A stretch of DNA of 64,000 nucleotides from an uncultured Candidatus Saccharibacteria bacterium (GTDB lineage Bacteria > Patescibacteriota > Saccharimonadia > CAILAD01 > JADZBC01): positions 399,431 through 463,430 of the forward strand of contig CAZRJR010000001.1 of the NCBI GenBank assembly GCA_964600985.1. Direction: 5' to 3'. Positions 47,172 through 57,354 of the stretch are shown piece by piece. The notes under the pieces were generated by a model. That model searched no databases and was not told the origin of the DNA. It worked only from the letters and a program-made list of their open reading frames with translations. Within the stretch, counting starts at the first letter, position 1, and each line of letters opens with the position of its first letter. A program made the position numbers and the translations under genes.

Positions 47172-50108
47172 TTAGGACTTGCGGAGGCTAATGCGCAACT
47201 CGCTACCTTCTACCTTTGCAGTGGTAGCGATATAGTCATCGGGTAAAGCTTTGGCTTTTACCTGTAAATCCGTAGCCAATACTTCTGCCCGAATGGTGTC
47301 AGCGTGCTCTTTAGCAGCCTGGACAATGTCTTCATCATCAGCACCAAGCACCAGCTCTATACGGTCACTCACTTCCAAATCAGCCTGCTTGCGGGCATTT
47401 TGGACTACGCGGACTATGTCACGCATAATTCCTTCGCGCTTCAGTTCTGGTGTTACTATGGTACTGAGCTCCACTGATTGACCACCAACCACCGCTTTTA
47501 CGTTTACTTCGTCACGAATAATCTCAAGGTAATCTTCACTCAGCTCATCACCATGCGGAACCTTGAGTTCGCTAAGCGGCTGTCGCACCTTTATGTTGGC
47601 TTCGGCCCTAAGTGCTAAGGCTTCTTTTATGCTTTCACGTACCAACGACATTTGCTCGAGTACGCCGTCGTCTACCTTGATAGCCTCTGGCCAGTCACTC
47701 AAATGCACCGAGCTTGGCAGTCTGTCTAGGCCAACTGTTAGCTCGCGCCATACATAGTCACTTACAAACGGTGCCCAAGGTGCTAGTAGCTGACACACGC
47801 GCACTAATGCGTACCACAGCACCTCATAAGCCTGCTGCTTGTCGCTATCGTCGTCACTCTTCCAGAACCGTCTACGTGACCGGCGAATATACCAGTTACT
47901 CATGTCATCCATAAGCGTAAGTATTGGAGCTATAGCATGGGCAATTTGGTAATTATCAGCCTCACGGGTAACCTCGATAATGGTTTCGTCAAGCCGCGCG
48001 AGCATCCAGGCATCGAGCACGTTTGTGCTTGTTGGCCGCTCACCTGGCTTGGCAGGCACAAATGTGTCGAGCTGAGCGTACATACTAAAGAACTTCTGAG
48101 AGTTTAGGAGTGTGGAAAGCACATTACGCTGCATGTCACGCATACTGTCACGGCTAAATCGTAGGTATTCCGCCGTTTCGCTCGCTTGGTGACTCGAGAG
48201 CAAATACAAGCGCAAGCTATCGGCACCCTCTGAGTCGAACACTTCTTCAACCGGCGGGTAGTTCTTGAGTCGCTTGCTTAGCTTTTGGCCATCGGCCGCC
48301 ATAATCATGCCGTTTACGACTACGTTTTTGTACGCTGGCGCATTAAACAGAATGGTATTCATTACATGCTGAACATAGAACCACAGCCGCGTCTGGTCTA
48401 AACCCTCGATAATAAAGTCCGCCGGAAAGCTCCTTTCGAACGCTTCTTTATTCTCAAACGGGTAGTGATGCTGGGCAATACTCATAACACCACTCTCGAA
48501 CCAACAATCCAACACTTCCTCGACCCGCCGATATGTTTTGCCGTCGCGCACAATTTCTACGTTATCAATCAGTGGCCGGTGTACGTCAGTTGTATCCAGA
48601 TCGTTATTACCTGCTAATTCGCGTAGCTGATCGTAGCTCTCCACAACAATGTAGTCATTGCTGTCTTCGGTATTCACCCAGATCGGCAGTGGTGCACCCC
48701 AGTAACGATTACGGCTGATTGCCCAATCCCTCGCACCCTCGAGCCACTTACCAAATCGGCCATTCTTTATATGCGCCGGGGTCCAGTTGATCTGTTCGGC
48801 GGTTTTTAGTAACTGAGGTCGAATCTCAGATACCTTAATAAACCAGCTCGAAATCGCGTAGTACATGAGTGGCGTTTCGCAACGCCAGCAGAAAGGATAG
48901 GTGTGCTCTTTGGTCTCGGCTACATACACCAAGCCCAACTGAGTGAGGTGTTCGATTATAAGCTTGTCAGCACCCTTAAAGAACTTACCGCTTAATGCGT
49001 CAACGCCAGTGTTATTCGTAATCTTACCGCTCGCATCGGCAGTTTGTAGTACCGGAATACCCTCTTGTAAGCCTAAATTAAGATCATCTTCGCCAAAGGC
49101 CGGCGCTACGTGCAACACACCAGTACCATCTTCTATACTCACAAACTCCGCTGGCCATACTTGGTAGAGCTTTTCCCCGCCCTCTACTTTTTCGATGTCG
49201 CTCAAGCTAAATACCGGCTCGTACTTGAGCCCAACTAAATCAGCACCTGCTAACTCCTTAACCACCGTGTAATTATCATGCCCCAGCGCTTCGAGGCGCT
49301 TTTTGGCAAGCACCAACACTTCACCGGCTGGATTATTGTCATAATCAGTGGTCAGTTTGGCATACACATACCTCTCCTGCGGATGCACGGCAATGGCTGC
49401 ATTACCTGGCAAGCTCCAAGGTGTAGTGGTCCAGCCTAACAAATACGCTTCGTCGTCTACAAGCTTAAACTTCACATACAGGCTTGGGTCTGGCACATTG
49501 TCTTTATAGCCATCATTCACTTCAAAGTTCGAAAGTGGTGTTTCGCAGCGCGGGCAGTACGGGGTACTTTTATAACCCTTATATAAGAGGCCTTTTTTGT
49601 GCACCTGGCTCAAAGCCCACCACACACTCTCGGTATAGTTATTATCAACCGTAGCATAGTAGTTATCGTACTCACTCCACCGGCCCAGACGTTTGAGCAA
49701 GTGCTCCCACTCATCTTTATAGGTAAAGATCGAGTCCCGGCAGGCGGCATTAAACTTTCCTAATCCTAGCTCGAGGATTTGCTTTTTACCACTCACTCCA
49801 AACTGCTTCTCGATCGCAAACTCTACGGGCAAACCATGGCAGTCCCAGCCGTTACGGCGTGGTACATAGTAGCCGCGCATAGTTTTATAACGCAGCATGG
49901 AGTCCTTTATGCTCGTAACCAATGAGTGGCCAAAGTGCGGCAGACCATTAGCAAACGGCGGCCCATCGAAGAAGCTATAGGTAGGTTTGCCTTCACGCTG
50001 TTTGATTGATTGCGCAAAGGTGTCTTCCTGTTGCCAAGTAGCTAAAATCTGCTCCTCTATCTGAGCAAATTGCGACTTTTGATTGGCTTGTGGTTTGTTG
50101 TTTGTCAC
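47172..50108 (-). CDS. ileS: Isoleucyl-tRNA synthetase type 2
   Basis: DGPPFANGLPHFGH, GWDCHGLP, WTTTPW, DWAISRNRYWG, KLSKRLKNY; Ile T-box upstream. Confidence 0.96.
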   Translation of the reverse strand: MTNNKPQANQKSQFAQIEEQILATWQQEDTFAQSIKQREGKPTYSFFDGPPFANGLPHFGHSLVTSIKDSMLRYKTMRGYYVPRRNGWDCHGLPVEFAIEKQFGVSGKKQILELGLGKFNAACRDSIFTYKDEWEHLLKRLGRWSEYDNYYATVDNNYTESVWWALSQVHKKGLLYKGYKSTPYCPRCETPLSNFEVNDGYKDNVPDPSLYVKFKLVDDEAYLLGWTTTPWSLPGNAAIAVHPQERYVYAKLTTDYDNNPAGEVLVLAKKRLEALGHDNYTVVKELAGADLVGLKYEPVFSLSDIEKVEGGEKLYQVWPAEFVSIEDGTGVLHVAPAFGEDDLNLGLQEGIPVLQTADASGKITNNTGVDALSGKFFKGADKLIIEHLTQLGLVYVAETKEHTYPFCWRCETPLMYYAISSWFIKVSEIRPQLLKTAEQINWTPAHIKNGRFGKWLEGARDWAISRNRYWGAPLPIWVNTEDSNDYIVVESYDQLRELAGNNDLDTTDVHRPLIDNVEIVRDGKTYRRVEEVLDCWFESGVMSIAQHHYPFENKEAFERSFPADFIIEGLDQTRLWFYVQHVMNTILFNAPAYKNVVVNGMIMAADGQKLSKRLKNYPPVEEVFDSEGADSLRLYLLSSHQASETAEYLRFSRDSMRDMQRNVLSTLLNSQKFFSMYAQLDTFVPAKPGERPTSTNVLDAWMLARLDETIIEVTREADNYQIAHAIAPILTLMDDMSNWYIRRSRRRFWKSDDDSDKQQAYEVLWYALVRVCQLLAPWAPFVSDYVWRELTVGLDRLPSSVHLSDWPEAIKVDDGVLEQMSLVRESIKEALALRAEANIKVRQPLSELKVPHGDELSEDYLEIIRDEVNVKAVVGGQSVELSTIVTPELKREGIMRDIVRVVQNARKQADLEVSDRIELVLGADDEDIVQAAKEHADTIRAEVLATDLQVKAKALPDDYIATTAKVEGSELRISLRKS

Positions 50109-50142
50109 TGTTTGATCCTTAATCCGTTCCTATATAACACAA

Positions 50143-50316
50143 ATACCTCTTTCGGTTGTTGGAATCCCAGCTTGCGCTAGGACGGTACCATCCAACTTCC
50201 AAAAGAGGCATCTCTTTGGCTCTTAGTTTAGGCTATTACGGGCTCCCCGCCGAGTTCTACTTGGCATTGCGCCGTTCTTCTCGATTGCTTCGTGGTTGAT
50301 AGCCACTCATTTGCCT
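50143..50316 (-). ncRNA. Ile T-box riboswitch with ultrashort Stem I
   Basis: Stem I GTGG-CTATCAA-CCAC (ATC specifier 50298-50300); stem II GAAGAAC..AGTAGAAC; CGGG/CCCG stem IIA; stem III; T-box GTTGGA-TGGTACC-GTCC...TCCAAC. Confidence 0.85.
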
Positions 50317-50397
50317 TGATTTAGACAAAACGCATCTAGCACAAATATACCACGCAATAGGATATATATCAATATGAGAGCTACCTCATATCTACTG

Positions 50398-50438
50398 CAA
50401 AGCAAGGCCCCGACGGAGTCGAAACCTCGCCGGGGACT
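50398..50438 (-). terminator. Terminator of the hypothetical gene upstream of ileS
   Basis: GTCCCCGGCG..TTCG..CGTCGGGGC followed by CTTGCTTT on the minus strand. Confidence 0.65.
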
Positions 50439-50465
50439 GGAACTATTATTGAGTGGCGGGCAGCG

Positions 50466-51086
50466 CTACCGACCCGGCAAAAGCTGTACCCGCCTCATGG
50501 ACACGACGGAAAGCCGGAACCTTCCACATTCTGCCCTACACCATGCTTCTGCCGCACGCCGGTTGAAAGCAAAAACCACAAATGTAATAGCTGCGACTTT
50601 TACTTCGGATTGATTTTGCGGCCTCGACGGGTCAACATTGTGGATCGTGGCAGCATTCTGGAGGTCTGAGAGTGACGGCGGGTACAGCGGGTGACGTACA
50701 CGCACCTCAATGTGATATTCGTTCATCAGCCCCGACCTGGGCAATCTGTCATTCGGGTTAAGGAACTCTACGGTACCCCTATTTGTAGTCAAGCTAATCA
50801 CACCGCCTCTTAGCTGAGGTTCACTCCAGGATATATTAAACCTCCGCAACTTCTCGCCCTTCGGCCAAAACGTCCAGGGTGTTTGGTTACCCCCCTTAAA
50901 AGCCGTCCAGGCGAGCTCGACTACGAGATCCTCCCCGTCAATTGAGAGCTTACTGATCGGACCCCGTACCATCGAGGATGAAGAGGACTTGAACAGGAAG
51001 TCACGACCTGGATATTGCCCTCCTTCGGCCTCAATCCATTGATTCCAGGCAGTGATGTTGGCTTCCTGGTACGCACCTGTACCCAT
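50466..51086 (-). CDS. Hypothetical protein
   Basis: ATG 51086 after GAAGGG; promoter TTGAAA-17-GACAAT; own terminator. Confidence 0.6.
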   Translation of the reverse strand: MGTGAYQEANITAWNQWIEAEGGQYPGRDFLFKSSSSSMVRGPISKLSIDGEDLVVELAWTAFKGGNQTPWTFWPKGEKLRRFNISWSEPQLRGGVISLTTNRGTVEFLNPNDRLPRSGLMNEYHIEVRVRHPLYPPSLSDLQNAATIHNVDPSRPQNQSEVKVAAITFVVFAFNRRAAEAWCRAECGRFRLSVVSMRRVQLLPGR

Positions 51087-51244
51087 GATGTAGCAACCCT
51101 TCTGTCGCTGTTGGGCCTCCTTGGCCACAATTATTGTCACGCCTATAGTTGTTAATTTCAAGCATAACTAACAACGTATGCAAATTTATGAGTCAAGATA
51201 CCATAAGCTTTACGGCTTGGGGCTTAGCCAGCTACAATGAATAC

Positions 51245-52702
51245 ATGAAGCGTGACGCGTCGAGATTCAAAAAAACCAAAATCATCGCCACCATAGGGCC
51301 GGCTAGTGAAGATAAAATCGAAGAGCTCCTGGCAGCCGGAGTAAATGGTATTCGCCTCAACTTCTCGCACGGCACTCACGCCGAACATCGTGCCAAACTC
51401 AAAGCTGCGCGCGCTGCTGCCAAAAAGCTCGGCCGCAGCGTCGCCATTATCCAAGACTTGTCCGGCCCCAAAATCCGCCTAGGTGAGCTACCCAAGGCCG
51501 GGGTAACCATAAAAAAGGGTGAGACACTCCACCTTGGCTTTGATGCTAACTATAATGAGCTTAGCATCCTGCCGACTCAGTACGATTTTGCCAGCGAAGT
51601 AAAGATTGGCGAGCATTTATACTTACGTGACGGTCAGATTAAAACCATCATAACCAAGGTAGCTGGCGGAATTGTGAGTGTAAAAGCACTCAATGCGGGT
51701 ACCATCCTCTCCAACCACGGCATCAACCTACCCGATACGATATTCAAAAGCTCCGTACTCACCCCTAAGGATCTAGCTGACGTTCGCTTTGCCTTAACGG
51801 AAGACGTAGATTATGTAGCGCTGTCCTTCGTCCAAAACGCCAAGACTATTCAAGAGCTCCAAGCAATCCTAAAGCGTGGCAAAAGCAAGGCTAAGATCAT
51901 TACCAAGGTCGAAACCAACCCGGCAGTAGAGAACCTAGAAGGCATCGTAGCCGCCAGCGACGCGGTAATGATTGCGCGAGGAGACTTGGGTGTAGAAATT
52001 GGTGCTGAGAATGTGCCCATCGTTGGGCGTGAAATTATCGAACTTGCTAAGCAGCATAAAAAGCCCGTGATTATGGCTACGCAGATGTTAGAGAGTATGA
52101 TGACATCTACTGAGCCATCGCGCGCCGAAGCAAACGACGTGTCTACCGCTGTGCTTTTAGGGGTAGATTCGGTAATGCTCTCGGGTGAGACTGCCATAGG
52201 GCAGTTCCCCCTTGAAACGGTCAAGATGATGAAGAAGATTATATTAAAGGCCGAGGAATATAATTTAAGTTCGCAAAACACACAAGCCCACGACAGCATT
52301 ACCCTAACGTTTAAGCGTGCTGAGCGCCCAACCGACACCCCAGCACCAACCGATACACAAACAAGCATTGCCCTAGCAGCCATTACCCTAACTGAGCAGA
52401 TTGGTGCCAAGGTAATCCTGGCTGAAACTTTGAGCGGTGCAACTGCGCGTAACATATCGAGCCTTCGGCCTAGCACACCAATAATTATGGCCACCCCTGA
52501 TAGCAAGACATATAATCAACTGGCTATTGTATGGGGCGGTAAGTCGTTCTTGGTTCCAGATCAGCAAAAAATTAGTCGCCTGGTGCTCGATGAGCTTCGA
52601 GCCCGTGGTAATCTCAAAAAGGGTGATTTGGTAGTGAGTGCCTTTGGCCAGCAATACGGTATTACCGGCGGAACTGACACTATTCGCTTACTCCAAGCGT
52701 AA
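51245..52702 (+). CDS. pyk: Pyruvate kinase
   Basis: KTKIIATIGPAS, RLNFSHG, DLSGPKIR, MIARGDLGVE, ATQMLESM, MLSGETA. Start ATG 51245. Confidence 0.97.
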   Translation: MKRDASRFKKTKIIATIGPASEDKIEELLAAGVNGIRLNFSHGTHAEHRAKLKAARAAAKKLGRSVAIIQDLSGPKIRLGELPKAGVTIKKGETLHLGFDANYNELSILPTQYDFASEVKIGEHLYLRDGQIKTIITKVAGGIVSVKALNAGTILSNHGINLPDTIFKSSVLTPKDLADVRFALTEDVDYVALSFVQNAKTIQELQAILKRGKSKAKIITKVETNPAVENLEGIVAASDAVMIARGDLGVEIGAENVPIVGREIIELAKQHKKPVIMATQMLESMMTSTEPSRAEANDVSTAVLLGVDSVMLSGETAIGQFPLETVKMMKKIILKAEEYNLSSQNTQAHDSITLTFKRAERPTDTPAPTDTQTSIALAAITLTEQIGAKVILAETLSGATARNISSLRPSTPIIMATPDSKTYNQLAIVWGGKSFLVPDQQKISRLVLDELRARGNLKKGDLVVSAFGQQYGITGGTDTIRLLQA

Positions 52703-52771
52703 GTCAAAATCGCAATTGAACATAGATTTATGAACGAATACTAAAGTTGTTCGATATATGGTATCTACAGA

Positions 52772-52999
52772 TTATAGACCACTATGTACCCAGTGCGAAA
52801 CTTCTGAAGTTGCGGGTGTTTTACCTTGCCATAATTGGACTATCGAACCGTCATCTTGTACCACTATATGGGCTGGGAATTCTACTATTCCATATAACTC
52901 GGCGTAGTGTTGGCCTAGTATAGAGTCTGGGCTACACACAATCGTCTGCTTTTGATCAACCGAAGGCTGCTGGTCTCGCGACAGAATAATAAGCTTCAT
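52772..52999 (-). CDS. Small hypothetical protein (thioredoxin C-half-like, no CxxC)
   Basis: AELYGIVEFPAHIVVQDDG..WQG; -10 box TATACT 6 nt before the ATG. Confidence 0.6.
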   Translation of the reverse strand: MKLIILSRDQQPSVDQKQTIVCSPDSILGQHYAELYGIVEFPAHIVVQDDGSIVQLWQGKTPATSEVSHWVHSGL

Positions 53000-53041
53000 A
53001 ACATAAGTATAACAGAATCACCCCTAAACAATATTTCTAAG

Positions 53042-53845
53042 CTAATGTTGTTGCCTCGCTCTTCGCGCTACAACGCTACCTATAGTGTTGAGAATGTTAC
53101 AAATTTGTTGTTTGTCACTGGTTGGGTTTAAAGCCAGACTTAAAGCCTGCCTCATAGCCATGCTTTCTTCTGTAAAATGCCGAGAAAATCCCACCCAACA
53201 CGGGTAAAGATCACGAGTATAACCCTGTTCTCTCTCCATAACGAGCTCATAACCCGTCCTTACTAACCGCTTCATTATCCATCGACACTTCTTTTTTGTT
53301 GCCTCCGGGCTCAACATGGGCAGATCAGAAACAAGTCCTTGAATTTCTGCCTCTAATTGAGAGGAATGTACCTTGAGACTATCTCCTAGTTTGTAACTTG
53401 GTAGCTTAGGGATAATATCTGCTCCCCAAACACAAACTGATTGGGTTTTTATTACAAACCTATACCACTGTGTGCTTTCATTGTTCAACTGAAGTACCTC
53501 ATCGAACTCCAAAATTTCCATCTCAGCGCCATCTGCAAACTGATATCTTTGTCGAAATTCCTTTAGTACTGTGCTTTTCCAGGTAAGTTCAGTAGCGTTT
53601 GGCATATAGTGAACAAGTGCAATCGTATCAATATCCGAAACCCCTTCCGCGGCCTGACCTTTGGCAACGGAACCTCTCACATAAACAGCGCTCAAATTAT
53701 CACCGAGATACTTAATGTACTGATCGGTCAGGTAGCCTACTGCCGTTTTCCACGGCGAAACAATCTTGTCCTTACTTGCCACTCGCACTATATTACCAGC
53801 GTTATCTACTGGCAAAACACTACCTATAGGATGAATGTCTATCAT
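53042..53845 (-). CDS. Pol-beta-superfamily nucleotidyltransferase domain protein
   Basis: VYVRGSVAKG...SDIDT (hGS..DxD). Confidence 0.8.
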   Translation of the reverse strand: MIDIHPIGSVLPVDNAGNIVRVASKDKIVSPWKTAVGYLTDQYIKYLGDNLSAVYVRGSVAKGQAAEGVSDIDTIALVHYMPNATELTWKSTVLKEFRQRYQFADGAEMEILEFDEVLQLNNESTQWYRFVIKTQSVCVWGADIIPKLPSYKLGDSLKVHSSQLEAEIQGLVSDLPMLSPEATKKKCRWIMKRLVRTGYELVMEREQGYTRDLYPCWVGFSRHFTEESMAMRQALSLALNPTSDKQQICNILNTIGSVVARRARQQH

Positions 53846-53872
53846 AAACCCAAGTATACCAAATGTGACGCG

Positions 53873-54343
53873 TCACTCAGCACGTTTCTTGGCCTGCTCC
53901 TTAAGTCGATTAAGCTCTGTTTCAAAGCTCTCAATATCGGCAAATGACCTGTATACGCTCGCAAACCGTACATAGGCTATGTCATCACGAGCTCGTAACT
54001 TCTCCATAACCAATTCACCAATTACTTCACTCTGAATCTCGTGATCACCGGTCGACTTAAGCTCATGCTCAATAGAGCTGATAATAGCTTCGATCTGGTC
54101 TGCCGACACAGAACGCTTTTCGAAGGCTCTATAAATACCACCGGCTAATTTACTACGATCAAATAGCTCCCGTTCACCATTTTTCTTTACAATAAGCAGA
54201 TGGGCAGCCTCGATGCGCTCATAGGTAGTAAAGCGGTGTTGGCAGCTTAAGCACTCTCGTCGGCGACGGATCACACTCTCATGCTCGACATCACGTGACT
54301 CCAACACACGACTATCTTGCGAGCTACAGCGCGGGCACTTCAT
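53873..54343 (-). CDS. nrdR: Transcriptional repressor NrdR
   Basis: MKCPRC, IRRRRECLSC.HRFTTYE, ATP-cone, AYVRFASVY. Confidence 0.98.
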   Translation of the reverse strand: MKCPRCSSQDSRVLESRDVEHESVIRRRRECLSCQHRFTTYERIEAAHLLIVKKNGERELFDRSKLAGGIYRAFEKRSVSADQIEAIISSIEHELKSTGDHEIQSEVIGELVMEKLRARDDIAYVRFASVYRSFADIESFETELNRLKEQAKKRAE

Positions 54344-54367
54344 ACCTTACCCTCCAAGCCAGTCATA

Positions 54368-55777
54368 TTACATCTTTTTCTTCACAAAGCTTGGTATATC
54401 GTCGTCGCTGTCTCGGTCAAGTTTAACTCCCTGACGCAAATACGCAGGTTTATCGAGGTCGTCCTCGTCACCACTAAATCCTGCTGTGCGTTCAATAATC
54501 GGCTGACTAGGCACCTCGACCTTCACAGGCTGAGCAGGGCGTGGCTCGTCTCGGGCTTTAGTCTCCTCGATTGGTTCTTCTAGATCAAAGCCAGTTACTG
54601 GGTCGTCCATAATTGTCTTAGGAGCCTCTGGCTCCGCCTTTACAAGCGGCTCGACATCGTCTGAACTAAATACTGGTCGTGGCTGCTCACGAATAAATGG
54701 AATCTCTTCCGGTTCGGGCTCTGGCTCTGGTTCGATGTGTTGTGGTTGGCTATAGGATGGCTGACTGCGATTGTAGCTAGGGGCAAAGCCAGAGAAGGTG
54801 TTAGCCTGGTGAGCAGGAGTGCGATTAGCATCAAATCCCGTAGCCACGAGGGTGACTTTAATTTCGCCCGTGGTATTTTCATCAAGCACGGTACCCCAAA
54901 TAATGTTAGCTTCTGGATCAACAGAATCATGAATAAGCTTGGCTGCCTCCTCGATCTCGTGCATACCCATATCGCGACCACCGGTAAAGTTAATCAATAC
55001 ACCCTTAGCGCCCTGAATTGAAACTTCGAGTAGGGGTGAATCCATAGCCTGCTTAACTGCTTCAACGGCCCGATTGTCTCCCGAGCCGTGGCCTATACCC
55101 ATAAGCGCACTACCAGCGTTGCTCATAATTGACTTTACATCGGCAAAATCGAGGTTCACCAAGCCATTTACTGTAATAAGATCAGAAATGCCCTGCACAC
55201 CCTGGCGCAGTATATTGTCTACCGCCCCAAAGGCGTCTAAAAGCGATGTTTTACGGTCAATAATCTGCAAGATGCGATCATTCGGAATCACAATGAGTGT
55301 ATCTACCTTGTCACGCAGTTCCTCGAGAGCAGCTTCGGCAATCTTGCGCCTACGGTCGCCTTCGAATGCAAATGGCTTAGTCATAATAGCAACGGTAAGA
55401 GCGCCAATTTCCTTAGCAATACGCGCGATTACAGGTGCAGCGCCACTAGCCGTACCACCACCGCAGCCGCCAGTAATGAATACCATTTCACTACCTTTTA
55501 GGGCTGCAAATATATCTTCTTCGCTCTCCTCGGCAGCGATCTTACCCACCTCTGGATTCGCTCCGGCGCCTAGGCCACGAGTAGCTTCTTTGCCAATATG
55601 CACTTTTTTGGTGGCTTGCGAGTAATGAAGTGCTTGCGCGTCAGTATTCACGGCCACAAAATCAATACCACGAATGCTCGACTGAATCATGCGGTTAAGC
55701 GCATTATTGCCACCACCGCCTACGCCAACGACCTTGATACGTGCAAATGTTTCGATGTCCGGACGAATCTCTGCCAT
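54368..55777 (-). CDS. ftsZ: Cell division protein FtsZ
   Basis: [28 protein letters not shown]; long acidic/Pro linker. Confidence 0.98.
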   Translation of the reverse strand: MAEIRPDIETFARIKVVGVGGGGNNALNRMIQSSIRGIDFVAVNTDAQALHYSQATKKVHIGKEATRGLGAGANPEVGKIAAEESEEDIFAALKGSEMVFITGGCGGGTASGAAPVIARIAKEIGALTVAIMTKPFAFEGDRRRKIAEAALEELRDKVDTLIVIPNDRILQIIDRKTSLLDAFGAVDNILRQGVQGISDLITVNGLVNLDFADVKSIMSNAGSALMGIGHGSGDNRAVEAVKQAMDSPLLEVSIQGAKGVLINFTGGRDMGMHEIEEAAKLIHDSVDPEANIIWGTVLDENTTGEIKVTLVATGFDANRTPAHQANTFSGFAPSYNRSQPSYSQPQHIEPEPEPEPEEIPFIREQPRPVFSSDDVEPLVKAEPEAPKTIMDDPVTGFDLEEPIEETKARDEPRPAQPVKVEVPSQPIIERTAGFSGDEDDLDKPAYLRQGVKLDRDSDDDIPSFVKKKM

Positions 55778-56053
55778 GCAGTTCGTACTCCTTATATAAT
55801 TGCGTTCTACTCACTCTGTAGATTTAGTTATCAGGTTGTGAGTAGGGCCTTGTCACACATACCATTACTCATTGGTATAGCAAAAGTATAACCAAGTTAC
55901 TGAATAAATGCAAATAATTTATTCGAATCACCGACCATAAAGTATAGGTATAAATTTTGTGTTCGTTAGATTGAGAAGTGTACTCATGATAGTCCCAAAG
56001 AAAGTATTTTTCGAGCAAGAGTACCGCACTGTAGGGCCGAGCCTGAGGAGAAA

Positions 56054-57286
56054 CTAGGGCAAAAGATTCTTAAAGAAGCGTTTTACCTGATCTACGGTAC
56101 CACCTATGATGGTATTTATACCGCCATGTGTAGCGGGAGCGTGATGCATGTCGACAAGCATAAGGCCAACCGCCGCTGCATAGGCTGGGTCTTTGATTTT
56201 ATCACTTATACCCCCGAATCCGCGTGGAGTCGCAATTGACACCGTGAGTTTAAGTGCGTCCTGGGCAAGCTTGTCTATACCTGGGAGCTTAGCGCCACCG
56301 CCAGTAATAACGGCGCCGCCAGCCAGCATAGAATCCCTACCAGCTTTTCTAAGCTCACCCGAAACCAAAGCTAGAATCTCCTCGCAGCGCGACGATACAA
56401 TCTTATCGACTTCACCGCGACTAACCACTCCGTTGCCACCAAAGTCTGCTAAATCAATTTTGTCGTGCGCCCTTGTTTTATCGGCAAGAGCACTGGCGTG
56501 AGCCAGTTTAAGCTTCTCAGCTACATCGATATTTGTGCGCAATCCGTAGACCATGTCTTTGGTAATGTGATTAGAACCAATTGGTAAAATGGTGGTAAGT
56601 ACAATGCCACCTTCTTCGAAAACAGCAATGCCGGTGGTTTCAGCACCAATATCAATAAGCACTACGCCGAGTTCAAGCTGTCGTTTAGTGAGTACAGCAC
56701 GCGCCGAAGCAAGCGGTACCAGGAGCTGGTCATCGATAGCTATTCCAGCCCGAAACACTGCGTTCGTGAGATTCTTCATGGATGGTGAGGCGGCCGTAAT
56801 AATATGCGTGTCCACCTCTAGCCGCACTCCATTCATACCTACAGGATCGGCCACATTTGTTTGGCCATCAACGGTATAGCTCTTAGGAATAACTTGCAGT
56901 ATTTGTCGATTGCTATCGAGCTGAATAGCTGCAGCAGCCTCCTCGACTCTTACAAGATCTTCGCGCGAAATTTCTCGATCAGCCCTACTTACCGCTATTA
57001 CACCACGAGAGTTCAGACTCTGCACATGAGCCCCATCCACACTAATTGTGGCATGTTCAATTGTCACCCCGCTCATCCGTTCGGCTTCCTCTAGCGCCGA
57101 GGTAATAGACGCCACTGTTTCCTCTATATCCACTACCGTGCCGCGACGTAGTCCCGTAGTAGGCGCCACGCCCAAGCCAATAATGCTTGGCTCAGCCATA
57201 TCATCTTGATGTAAGCCAACCACACAAGCAACCTTGCTTGTGCCGATGTCGAGCCCTACAAATGTTGATTCGTTTTTTGCAGCCAT
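56054..57286 (-). CDS. ftsA: Cell division protein FtsA
   Basis: GLDIGTSKV, AERMSG, IDIGAETT, TGGGAKL, amphipathic C-terminus. Confidence 0.96.
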   Translation of the reverse strand: MAAKNESTFVGLDIGTSKVACVVGLHQDDMAEPSIIGLGVAPTTGLRRGTVVDIEETVASITSALEEAERMSGVTIEHATISVDGAHVQSLNSRGVIAVSRADREISREDLVRVEEAAAAIQLDSNRQILQVIPKSYTVDGQTNVADPVGMNGVRLEVDTHIITAASPSMKNLTNAVFRAGIAIDDQLLVPLASARAVLTKRQLELGVVLIDIGAETTGIAVFEEGGIVLTTILPIGSNHITKDMVYGLRTNIDVAEKLKLAHASALADKTRAHDKIDLADFGGNGVVSRGEVDKIVSSRCEEILALVSGELRKAGRDSMLAGGAVITGGGAKLPGIDKLAQDALKLTVSIATPRGFGGISDKIKDPAYAAAVGLMLVDMHHAPATHGGINTIIGGTVDQVKRFFKNLLP

Positions 57287-57354
57287 AACCCTACCTTATG
57301 TAAGCTATTATATACAGCCCAGGGGGTATTGCGCAAACTATTGTTCCAATTCGC

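Noticed and set aside
52748-52763. Second NrdR-box-like sequence GTTCGATATATGGTAT
   Set aside because: Weaker match, located between convergent gene ends with no promoter to control.
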